A stretch of DNA of 22,554 bases from a virus. Its lineage: Duplodnaviria > Heunggongvirae > Uroviricota > Caudoviricetes. The notes under the pieces were generated by a model. That model did not search any database and was not told the origin of the DNA. It saw only the letters and a list, made by a program, of their open reading frames with translations. The position numbers and the translations under genes were made by a program. How positions within the stretch are numbered: the first letter of the stretch is position 1; every line of letters begins with the position of its first letter. The stretch is taken from IMG/VR virus record IMGVR_UViG_3300023210_000016. One strand, written 5' to 3'. Shown here in pieces: positions 15,171 through 22,554 of the stretch.

Positions 15171-16225
15171 TGAAAATCTCAATTATCGGTGCGGGAAACA
15201 TAGGACTAACCATCTATGAAATGTTATCAGAGAAATCAACGAGAATGGTTCCAAGGGACACCTCTCCGTCACATGATGTACAGATAGGGGATATGAACGA
15301 TACGGATGATCGAGTACAGAAACTTGATGCAACCAAGAAATCAGAACTTAAGAAGTTCTTGAAAGGGAGTGATGCTGTGATATCAGCCGCTCCTTTTTTC
15401 TTGAATAAACTGATCATTGATGTCGCAATTGAGCTACAAATCGCATACTTTGATCTCACTGAAGACACCGATATCACACAGTACGCTAAATTGAATGCCA
15501 AGGATGCAGTTGTTATGCCCCAATGTGGTCTTGCACCCGGCGCGATAAACATCATCGCGAATGGTCTCGCAGAGCAATTCAAAGATTTATGGTCAATCAA
15601 AATGAAGGTTGGCGCTCTACCTGTGATGGCAGAGAACGAGATGAAATACTACCGTACATGGTCAACTGCTGGTGTAGTGAATGAATATTGCAACCCGTGC
15701 GATGTGATCATTGATGGCAATCCGTGCCAAATACCGGCAATGGGTAATCTGGATTCTGTGATTATCGACGGTGATTTGTACGAATCTTTCAGTACTTCTG
15801 GTGGAGTTGGAACACTTACTGAAACATATAAAGGCAAGGTTCGGCATATGTCGTATGAAACGTTACGGTATCCGGGCCATTGTGATAAGATGAAATTTCT
15901 ATTGAATGATCTGAGGTTCCGTGACAATCGAGAAGCCTTGGTAGAAATATTGGACATGCATGTTCCCACCACAAAAGATGATGTTGTCGTATTGCATGCG
16001 TCTGTGGTTGGTGGCGCACCAACTGTTCCTCATGGATATCGTCCATACACTAGAAAGATTTATGCCGAGAACGGAATGACCGCAATTCAACGGACTACCG
16101 CATCGGGAGTATGTGCAATTATTGAGTTGTTCCACAAGGGCGATTTGCCTACAGGTTTTGTTCGCCAAGAACAAGTCTCAATGGATATGTTCTTGGCTAC
16201 TAAACATGGACAAATCTTTAAGTAG
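15170..16225 (+). CDS. Saccharopine dehydrogenase / lysine 6-dehydrogenase family oxidoreductase
   Basis: IIGAGNIG, YFDLTED, PQCGLAPG, VGALP, TWS..G..NEY, TSGG.GTL, TLRYPGH, TTA.G; SD AAGGA. Confidence 0.85.
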   Translation: MKISIIGAGNIGLTIYEMLSEKSTRMVPRDTSPSHDVQIGDMNDTDDRVQKLDATKKSELKKFLKGSDAVISAAPFFLNKLIIDVAIELQIAYFDLTEDTDITQYAKLNAKDAVVMPQCGLAPGAINIIANGLAEQFKDLWSIKMKVGALPVMAENEMKYYRTWSTAGVVNEYCNPCDVIIDGNPCQIPAMGNLDSVIIDGDLYESFSTSGGVGTLTETYKGKVRHMSYETLRYPGHCDKMKFLLNDLRFRDNREALVEILDMHVPTTKDDVVVLHASVVGGAPTVPHGYRPYTRKIYAENGMTAIQRTTASGVCAIIELFHKGDLPTGFVRQEQVSMDMFLATKHGQIFK

Positions 16226-16844
16226 GTTTTTTGCCGCCATCAATGATACGTGGTTTGAATAAGTTCTTGACGACCGAGACTGCGGTTTCACCGTCCCACG
16301 TAAATCCTAGCTTATTCCATCCGAATGCTTCTTGATATGAGTTGATTTCGTCTTCGGTGGCATCTACAAAATCATCAGCAATTGTAGCTGCGTCATTGGT
16401 AAACCACCAAGGCGTCACCGGATCATCTGAGTCTAATAATCCATAGCTATCGTCGGACCCGAATATGTATTCGATGTCATCGCCATGATGGCTGCTTAGA
16501 CTTAATGCATCCACCGTCATTTTGCCTTCAAGTATTACATTCAACTTACAATGCAACGCCATGGCAATAATTTGGTCATATGGTTCTTTGGGAAGAAATG
16601 CTATATTAGTCGCTACTGCTCCCCCGATGATATCGTCAATCACAGGATTGTTAATACATGCGAATAGAGTGTTATCGATTGTTTTTTCCATGAAATACTG
16701 CAATCTTTCGAATGCCATATTCTGTTCTAATTTGTCGTCGGTGTGTACTGTGATCGCGAATACTGCTTTATACTTGTTCGGTAACATTACCTCGTCTACT
16801 AAAATTATACCAAGAAACTCGTTACGCCATGTTATTGTTGTCAT
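16218..16844 (-). CDS. Hypothetical large-phage protein
   Basis: 208-aa ORF, convergent overlap with the dehydrogenase gene. Confidence 0.75.
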   Translation of the reverse strand: MTTITWRNEFLGIILVDEVMLPNKYKAVFAITVHTDDKLEQNMAFERLQYFMEKTIDNTLFACINNPVIDDIIGGAVATNIAFLPKEPYDQIIAMALHCKLNVILEGKMTVDALSLSSHHGDDIEYIFGSDDSYGLLDSDDPVTPWWFTNDAATIADDFVDATEDEINSYQEAFGWNKLGFTWDGETAVSVVKNLFKPRIIDGGKKPT

Positions 16845-17102
16845 TTATGATCCGATGTTGATTATATCATCAAACTCGCCATCGCTATCTTCATCTGCGT
16901 CGGCTAGAATTTGAGCATATTCTTTCTGTTGACGTTCGGTAAGTTCAACAGTATATTGATTGATAACGACTTGCATTTGATCCAGTAAGCCAATAGTCAT
17001 TCCCATCTGTCTGGCCGATGCCATCTTTCGATGAAGATCGGACAGTTTCTTAACAATGTCTTTGGTCTCAAAATCTGCGAGATTGTTGATCAATGGATGC
17101 AT
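16845..17102 (-). CDS. Small helical hypothetical protein
   Basis: 85-aa ORF coupled by TAATG. Confidence 0.7.
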   Translation of the reverse strand: MHPLINNLADFETKDIVKKLSDLHRKMASARQMGMTIGLLDQMQVVINQYTVELTERQQKEYAQILADADEDSDGEFDDIINIGS

Positions 17103-17413
17103 TAGAATGCTCCAAGTTTGGTGCTGCCCCCAGCTTTATCGGAATACACGTGAGTGATATATCCATCCATTGGGGTCTCTTTAAGCGTGGCCATGAACTC
17201 GTCTAGTTCATCCTTGTTTGCATTATCCCACAGGAATTGCCAAACTGGTTCCAGTGCCTGATGCTTTTTCTCATTAGCTGCCATCGAGATAAACCCACCA
17301 AATCGGGCCATCCCAAGATGTTTGTACATTGCAGATTGTGTCACCCTGTGAATGAAAATATGCTTGTTGTGGTCTTCGATGGTGTCGGCTTCAAATAACA
17401 ATCGTAGTTTCAT
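17102..17413 (-). CDS. Hypothetical protein with MKLRLLFE leader
   Basis: 103-aa ORF coupled by TAATG on both sides. Confidence 0.7.
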   Translation of the reverse strand: MKLRLLFEADTIEDHNKHIFIHRVTQSAMYKHLGMARFGGFISMAANEKKHQALEPVWQFLWDNANKDELDEFMATLKETPMDGYITHVYSDKAGGSTKLGAF

Positions 17414-17826
17414 TAGATGTCTCCTTCTTCTCTTTCTTCGCTACGTGATGCATCAAACTCACCACCGGGATAGCGTGATTCAAGTTTGTCCACATTAGCT
17501 GTGATGATTTCATTAGGATCGACATTCAATGCCCGACACGCTTGTGCCCAATACCAAATAACATCACCTAGTTCTTTCTTGAGATGAACAATAGTTTCTT
17601 CATCGTACTCTTTGCCTTGAAAGACAATCTTCTTGATGATCTCCGCAAATTCACCAGCTTCTCCAGCCATGCCAATACCGGCGGTCAGAATTCGGGCACA
17701 ATCCATTTCGGATGCTTTGTACAATGTTTCCAAGCGGGTGATTAGAGAGTAAGTATCGCTCGACTCTTCGCTGGTCACGCCTTCGACAAAATGTACGTAT
17801 TTTCTTAAATCTACTTCGGTGGTCAT
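17413..17826 (-). CDS. mazG: MazG-like NTP pyrophosphohydrolase
   Basis: GMAGEAGEFAEIIKK, KELGDVIWY, NV.KL.SRYPGG; SD GAGGA. Confidence 0.9.
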   Translation of the reverse strand: MTTEVDLRKYVHFVEGVTSEESSDTYSLITRLETLYKASEMDCARILTAGIGMAGEAGEFAEIIKKIVFQGKEYDEETIVHLKKELGDVIWYWAQACRALNVDPNEIITANVDKLESRYPGGEFDASRSEEREEGDI

Positions 17827-17852
17827 GTGTGTTTCCTCACTGTTATGTATTA

Positions 17853-17881
17853 ATTATACTCAATACATGCGTAAATAGCAA
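17853..17881 (-). promoter_or_regulatory. Sigma70-type promoter TTGCTA-N17-TATAAT, -10 box flanked by an inverted repeat
   Basis: -35 at 17881-17876, -10 at 17858-17853; ATGTATT (17845-17851) / AATACAT (17862-17868). Confidence 0.7.
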
Positions 17882-17883
17882 GT

Positions 17884-18711
17884 TTATTTAACGATTTGTG
17901 GCGTAACATTGATGGCTATTGGTGGATCACAAGGTTCCATGGTAGCGGTTTTGATTACTTCATTGGAATGGAATGGCTTGAACCCTTGCGACCGATCCAA
18001 ACTCCATGTAATATGATTTGTTCCACCGTCTGGAACACGCTTTGTTGATCCATCGATTTCTACGATCAATGCTTCTAATCCTTTTGTGTTCACGCGCCCG
18101 ATCACATTAACCGTGCGTGGTTGTTCTGGAACACCCAATGCGACTTTCATTGAGTACGTAATGTGATGTCCGATCCATTCAGGATATTGTGGTGGGTATT
18201 TCTTAGCAAGAGCATCGCGTGATGGTTTATCAAGGACGTATGCAATATAGCCCGAGTACCCTTCTTTAATGAGTTTTTTAGATATGTCTTTTAACCAGTC
18301 GTCACGACTTTTATTCATGGTCATTGGGTTTCCAAAATCACTAACATTAAAGACATCAACGATATCATTAACGGATACGTCACTCTGTGATTTCATCGCT
18401 TTGCCTTGTCCAAACATAAGATTTGGATCATTAGATGGGTCTAACTTCCATAGGTCAGATGTTTTCACGCGAATGATAGATGTGTCGTCCTTGAAATTGA
18501 ATTGCATTTTTTGTGCCCAATTAACCGCATCGACTGGATGTTCGAATGCAAACAACCCAGCATCGGTGTTATATCGTTCGCCATCTCGGCGTACCCAATT
18601 GCTTGGTTGAAATTGCATCAATCCCTGTTTCATGATGCTTGGTACATTTTTAGTGAGCGTGGCATGATACAAATAGTTCGATGATTCACCCAAGAGTTCT
18701 TTAATCTTCAT
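17884..18711 (-). CDS. ART-fold / 2H phosphoesterase fusion protein with MKIKELLGE leader
   Basis: N-terminal YLYHAT...SIMKQGL...LFAF; C-terminal HHITY and HITWS HxT pair; start 18711 coupled by TAATG. Confidence 0.7.
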   Translation of the reverse strand: MKIKELLGESSNYLYHATLTKNVPSIMKQGLMQFQPSNWVRRDGERYNTDAGLFAFEHPVDAVNWAQKMQFNFKDDTSIIRVKTSDLWKLDPSNDPNLMFGQGKAMKSQSDVSVNDIVDVFNVSDFGNPMTMNKSRDDWLKDISKKLIKEGYSGYIAYVLDKPSRDALAKKYPPQYPEWIGHHITYSMKVALGVPEQPRTVNVIGRVNTKGLEALIVEIDGSTKRVPDGGTNHITWSLDRSQGFKPFHSNEVIKTATMEPCDPPIAINVTPQIVK

Positions 18712-19442
18712 TAGATAGCTTGTAGTACGAGTTTCTTCCAGATAACGGTTGAACCATCGAATGTTCCTGTGCATACATAAAAGTTGGTTGCGTCCATTGC
18801 TGTCATTCCGGCAAGATCGCCAGCGACACCAACCGCAGTGGCTGTTTTTTGTTCTACGCGGGTACGAGCACGTGACATATCTTCGACTGTAATCGTGGTA
18901 CCAGCGTCATGAGATGTGAATTCTAGCACAAATGTACCAGTGGTGTCAAATGTAATTGCTGCAGTTGTTGAGTCAAATCCCATCAAATCGACAATACCGA
19001 GAGATACTGCTGATGGGAATGTAACTGTATGGGCAACGTTGGCTACGGTAACTTCGACACGAACAGTACCTAACTCGCCAGCGACTGGAAGATTAGAAAA
19101 TGCTAATGTACTAGATGCTGACATGGTATATGTCTGATATGCACCCAAGCTGTAATCAATTGTTACGGTTCCGGATGTTGTTCCCAGAGCCACACGAGTT
19201 TCGCTCATGTCACGGGTAACACCAGCAAATAGGCTTGAACCACCCATGTCGTTGTCAATTGATGTGCCGGTTAGGGCTGATTTAAGCAGAACTTTTGCTT
19301 GAAGGTCTTCGATCTCGGTCTTTGCGAACGTGAAGTTGTTCTTGGATGCAGTGAAGTTATCTCTGAACCCCTGACTGTCATTATCAGTGCCCGCAACAGG
19401 ATATGCTGCGTCAATGTTGCTACTATTAATATTTGATGCCAT
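18711..19442 (-). CDS. Putative virion structural (tail/baseplate-associated) protein
   Basis: MASNI....YPVAG.DNDSQGFRDNF N-terminus, Thr/Gly beta-rich body, fibre-like C-terminus G..GD..G....D..NFYVC...WKK; late promoter upstream. Confidence 0.65.
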   Translation of the reverse strand: MASNINSSNIDAAYPVAGTDNDSQGFRDNFTASKNNFTFAKTEIEDLQAKVLLKSALTGTSIDNDMGGSSLFAGVTRDMSETRVALGTTSGTVTIDYSLGAYQTYTMSASSTLAFSNLPVAGELGTVRVEVTVANVAHTVTFPSAVSLGIVDLMGFDSTTAAITFDTTGTFVLEFTSHDAGTTITVEDMSRARTRVEQKTATAVGVAGDLAGMTAMDATNFYVCTGTFDGSTVIWKKLVLQAI

Positions 19443-19444
19443 AA

Positions 19445-20089
19445 TTAGGTATCTCCATTCTTGTAGTTATTTATACAAACATCACGATGTCTCATGAAGT
19501 TTGCGCCGACATCTGCGAATTCTCGCGCACAGATATCGCATGTTAGTTTTGGTTTGTTTTTAAGTGTTTCGCTGATAAGTTTGCGTCTATGTGTTGGTAC
19601 ATTTTTTCCGCGCAGGGACAGGGATAAATTGTTGCGATGCTCGAAAGATTTGATCATTCCGGTTCTAGTTTCGCTCATTTTTGTTCTGGTCTCAACGGTA
19701 TGCGCGATGCCCATGTGCGAATCGGATAACTTATTGCAGTGTCCATCAGACATTTTTATTCCTTTGTTCCATGGCGATAATCCCATTGTACCTTCCCCGC
19801 CATAGGTCATATTATATCCTCCGTCAGTTGAATAATGGGTACCATACTGTTCTATGAAATATTTCTCCATAACATGCAAGGTATGATCAAGATGATTGCT
19901 CTGATATATGGCTTCAATTGTAAAATTCTCAATCCCGTGCTTTCTCATTGCGTTATATAGATAGTATGACGATTTTCTTGCTTTTGCCTTATGCATTCTG
20001 AAACGATGTTCAATTGATTTGCTTGTAAAACCTACGTACATTTTATCATTGATTTGGTTGGTGATTTTGTATATGCTATAAATATTCAT
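19445..20089 (-). CDS. GIY-YIG homing endonuclease with NUMOD3 repeats and C-terminal Zn finger
   Basis: IYSIYKITN...MYVGFT...RF..H, E.YFI, GYNMT.GGEG, PWNKG, NUMOD3-like repeats, CDIC. Confidence 0.88.
   Translation of the reverse strand: MNIYSIYKITNQINDKMYVGFTSKSIEHRFRMHKAKARKSSYYLYNAMRKHGIENFTIEAIYQSNHLDHTLHVMEKYFIEQYGTHYSTDGGYNMTYGGEGTMGLSPWNKGIKMSDGHCNKLSDSHMGIAHTVETRTKMSETRTGMIKSFEHRNNLSLSLRGKNVPTHRRKLISETLKNKPKLTCDICAREFADVGANFMRHRDVCINNYKNGDT
19468..19475 (-). promoter_or_regulatory. Perfect T4 late promoter TATAAATA inside the 3' end of the endonuclease gene
   Basis: Exact consensus, followed by GGAG and ATG 19442. Confidence 0.7.
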
Positions 20090-20157
20090 GCTGATTGTCC
20101 TCCCAGACGTTAGATTAGGTGGATGCTAGTAACATCGCGACCTACCTTGTATTTATG
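20087..20157 (-). promoter_or_regulatory. Conserved structured leader copy B (late box, stem-loop, SD)
   Basis: Reverse complement reads CATAAATACAAGGTAGGTCGCGATGTTACTAGCATCCACCTAATCTAACGTCTGGGAGGACAATCAGCATG; matches 8975-9041. Confidence 0.8.
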
Positions 20158-20719
20158 CTGCTTTTTCGATGTTTATAAGTTTGACAGGCCCCTGAACTGT
20201 GATTTCTCGTTCTTCGGAAAATTCTGGATTTGAATTTTGTATCAAGGTTTCTTGCCAATCGATATTACGAACATCTACTGTTGCAGAGAACAACCACCTA
20301 ACATCGCCTTGTTTCTTGTTACCCCAATGCGGTGTTGCTGAAGATTTCGACCAAGCCCAATATCGATCACCCTGAAGTGATGGTTTTTTGTTTTCCGGAG
20401 CATATATCGCTCTCCATATTGGGATTCTGGTGCCTTGCATTTGGGACGTTATAGTACTGATTGATCTATCGATTTCGTACATCAAATCATTTTTAAGCCA
20501 TGCAACGAAATCATCATCATAACGTACAAGTTCGGAAAATCGAAGGGCATCATATGGCGTGTTTCCGGTTTCGCGTTGATATGTTCTGGTCAATTCCCGC
20601 CAGATCAAAGTGTCTGGAGCACTTGTGATATCTCGGAAAATCGATTCGATGACTTCATCTTTGTCTATATCGGAAAGAAACGATTGTTGCTGATTTTCAA
20701 GAAGTTCAGATATAAGCAT
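20153..20719 (-). CDS. Putative R-S-E clade ADP-ribosyltransferase with MLISELLE leader
   Basis: IWRAI (R), YWAWSKSSA (S motif), EEREITV (ExE). Confidence 0.55.
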   Translation of the reverse strand: MLISELLENQQQSFLSDIDKDEVIESIFRDITSAPDTLIWRELTRTYQRETGNTPYDALRFSELVRYDDDFVAWLKNDLMYEIDRSISTITSQMQGTRIPIWRAIYAPENKKPSLQGDRYWAWSKSSATPHWGNKKQGDVRWLFSATVDVRNIDWQETLIQNSNPEFSEEREITVQGPVKLINIEKAA

Positions 20720-20721
20720 GA

Positions 20722-22554
20722 TTAACTCAACACATTGATTTTAGGAAATGCCAAGTATTGCGCCAATTCAGTGGTTTGTGACCCTGATACAAACGCTTCC
20801 AAGTCCTTATCATAGAACTTACTGAAGGTTTGATCCCATACATACCGATCTGCTACAAAATCGATGTCGCGCAATGTAAGTTCAGACTTATTCAACTTGT
20901 ACAACAATTCGTCTCCACGTCCCGGCTTAATGTATGCCAATGGCACCGCATTAATGAAACCTAGAACACTTCCATTATCTTGAACACTTTGCATCCACAA
21001 TGGCAATGCATTGTAATCCAATGTACCGACCGTTGTCCGCAATCTGGATCGCAGATTTTCGAAACTGTTTACTTCAATGGTATTGTCGGTAACTGCATCA
21101 GTGTAACTGAGGGGTGCCGATACCTTGAGTTCGTTTTCCGCTTTATCAATAATTTCGACGTAGATCACTTCATATTTTACGGTAGTTTCATCTGATTCCA
21201 ATGCTTTGGCTAACTTGAAGTCACCGTATCGTAGCTTCTTGGAATAATGATTGTTTCCCAGTGCGGTCATGTATGTTGCCGCTGACTCTGGATTCAATCC
21301 ATACATCAATAGCATATCTAAATCGTCAACCATACCAAAGTTCGGGTCTTCTGGGCGATATAAATCCTGAACCGGAAATAATGAGTTACCACTCAAGAAA
21401 TTGTTCATTGGGGTTCTATCATTTAATGGAGGGAATGCACGAAGATATAAGTTCTCATATGGCTGGAATGAATCCCGCAGCACATCAATATTGAACGTTT
21501 TGTTTGCAGAAATTTCCCCTGATTGTGTGATCGCATTCACCACGATTGTGAATTCAGACTCGAAGGTGGTTGTCCCACCATCGAAGGTGGTCGTTTGGGC
21601 ATCGAATGACATGATATCATATCCCGCAAACCCAGTGATCAATCCAGTTGTTCCCAAAGTAAGTGCTGGCGGTAACGCCCCAGAGGTGATAGTGTAAATA
21701 AATGGAACGTCATGAGTATTGGTTGCCTGAATACTCAAGGTGCTGGTTTCTCCAGCAGTAATACTTAAATTAGCTGCGGTAACCCAAGTAACCGTGGTAT
21801 CGATTTCTCCATACAGATCAATACTGAATGAAACTTCTGTGGAAATTACTGTTGGATTACTTAGTTCGCGAGCTTGTAGTACAAAGCTATAAGTCGTGGT
21901 TGTTGGGGTCAATACAGGGAAATTTCCGTAAATATATCCAGATGTCGCATTCAATGTAAGACCAGATGGCAATGCGCCTGATGTGACGATCCATTCCAAC
22001 TGATTTAGATTATAATGCACAGCGGTGAATTGGTACGAGAAATAGTTATTATGACGATATGTGCCAATTGATCCAGCGGTCGTTGTAATGATCGGTACAC
22101 GGCCAGTTGCATCGGCGGTCAATGCTGGTCCTGAATGATCTACCGTGATCAAATCTGTATCCACGGTGAATACGTACAAAGATTGTGTGGTGAAGGTGAA
22201 TACTCTCGTATCAATATACACTCCATCCGTGACGCTTGCGGTGAATTGATACGTTACTGTATTTGGGTCTAGGTCTTGATCGTACGGAACGGTTTGGTAT
22301 CCTACCACATCATAACCTAACGTTTCTGCTGCGTATGTGCTTTCTGGAAGCGTAATGCCACTCAACACCCCACTCGATGAAAGAGAAAGGCCGAGCGGCA
22401 AAGTGCCACCTACGTGGGACCACACTAAAGTGTCTGCCGGATCACTATCATCAGCGCCTAATGTGATATTGATGATTTGTGAATCTCTATATACACCCAG
22501 TACTGAACCGGTTGTAATTGCGGGGGCATCTCTGCCAGTAATAGTTAATGAGAA
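20722..22554 (-). CDS. Large virion structural protein (baseplate/tail) with putative Ig (He_PIG-like) repeats; 5'-truncated by the window
   Basis: Repeated GxLPxGLxLxxxGxIxG units; frame is open from the window end (FSLTITGRDAP...) into the tracked ORF. Confidence 0.75.
   Translation of the reverse strand, partial: FSLTITGRDAPAITTGSVLGVYRDSQIINITLGADDSDPADTLVWSHVGGTLPLGLSLSSSGVLSGITLPESTYAAETLGYDVVGYQTVPYDQDLDPNTVTYQFTASVTDGVYIDTRVFTFTTQSLYVFTVDTDLITVDHSGPALTADATGRVPIITTTAGSIGTYRHNNYFSYQFTAVHYNLNQLEWIVTSGALPSGLTLNATSGYIYGNFPVLTPTTTTYSFVLQARELSNPTVISTEVSFSIDLYGEIDTTVTWVTAANLSITAGETSTLSIQATNTHDVPFIYTITSGALPPALTLGTTGLITGFAGYDIMSFDAQTTTFDGGTTTFESEFTIVVNAITQSGEISANKTFNIDVLRDSFQPYENLYLRAFPPLNDRTPMNNFLSGNSLFPVQDLYRPEDPNFGMVDDLDMLLMYGLNPESAATYMTALGNNHYSKKLRYGDFKLAKALESDETTVKYEVIYVEIIDKAENELKVSAPLSYTDAVTDNTIEVNSFENLRSRLRTTVGTLDYNALPLWMQSVQDNGSVLGFINAVPLAYIKPGRGDELLYKLNKSELTLRDIDFVADRYVWDQTFSKFYDKDLEAFVSGSQTTELAQYLAFPKINVLS

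Noticed and set aside
17871-17877. GTAAATA on the plus strand as a late promoter
   Set aside because: No plus-strand gene follows; it lies in the spacer of a minus-strand sigma70 promoter
4719-18774. Longest-ORF starts at 5222, 5826, 6482, 7599, 7948, 9024 and 18774
   Set aside because: Downstream ATGs give better SD or coupling and avoid long overlaps; starts were reassigned
378-21697. The many short antisense or overlapping ORFs in the track (e.g. 378-707, 566-1054, 4019-4516, 9664-10149, 10842-11231, 15214-15600, 16522-16914)
   Set aside because: They are shadows of well-supported genes on the other strand or frame, with no motifs or RBS
1-22554. tRNA, rRNA or clear intrinsic terminators
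   Set aside because: Intergenic gaps are short, and I saw no cloverleaf or GC-stem plus U-tract; tRNAscan-SE and a terminator predictor would be needed to exclude them

Overview
This is a gene-dense segment of a large T4-like or jumbo myophage infecting a Gram-negative host. Nearly all genes lie on the minus strand and many are translationally coupled. It encodes an i-/o-spanin pair, an M15A endolysin, a CCA-adding enzyme, a sulfotransferase, PhoH, a gp30.2-like HAD phosphatase, a gp44-like clamp loader, a GroES-like protein, a stand-alone DnaE fragment, a saccharopine-dehydrogenase-family enzyme, MazG, three GIY-YIG homing endonucleases and two virion structural genes. Both sigma70-type promoters and T4 late-type NATAAATA boxes are present. 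Three observations stand out. (1) A dispersed set of genes shares an N-terminal M-x-I-x-E-L-L-E-like leader resembling a T4 capsid-targeting/prohead-protease signal; the cargo includes four ADP-ribosyltransferase-fold proteins and two 2H phosphoesterases (one Acb1-like, one fused to an ART), suggesting a virion-injected anti-defence and host-takeover package. (2) A conserved, structured ~70-nt leader (late promoter, covarying stem-loop, SD) precedes two dissimilar endonuclease genes. (3) The third endonuclease has an RBS-occluding hairpin overlapping its late promoter. All calls come from motif recognition by eye; no database searches were run.
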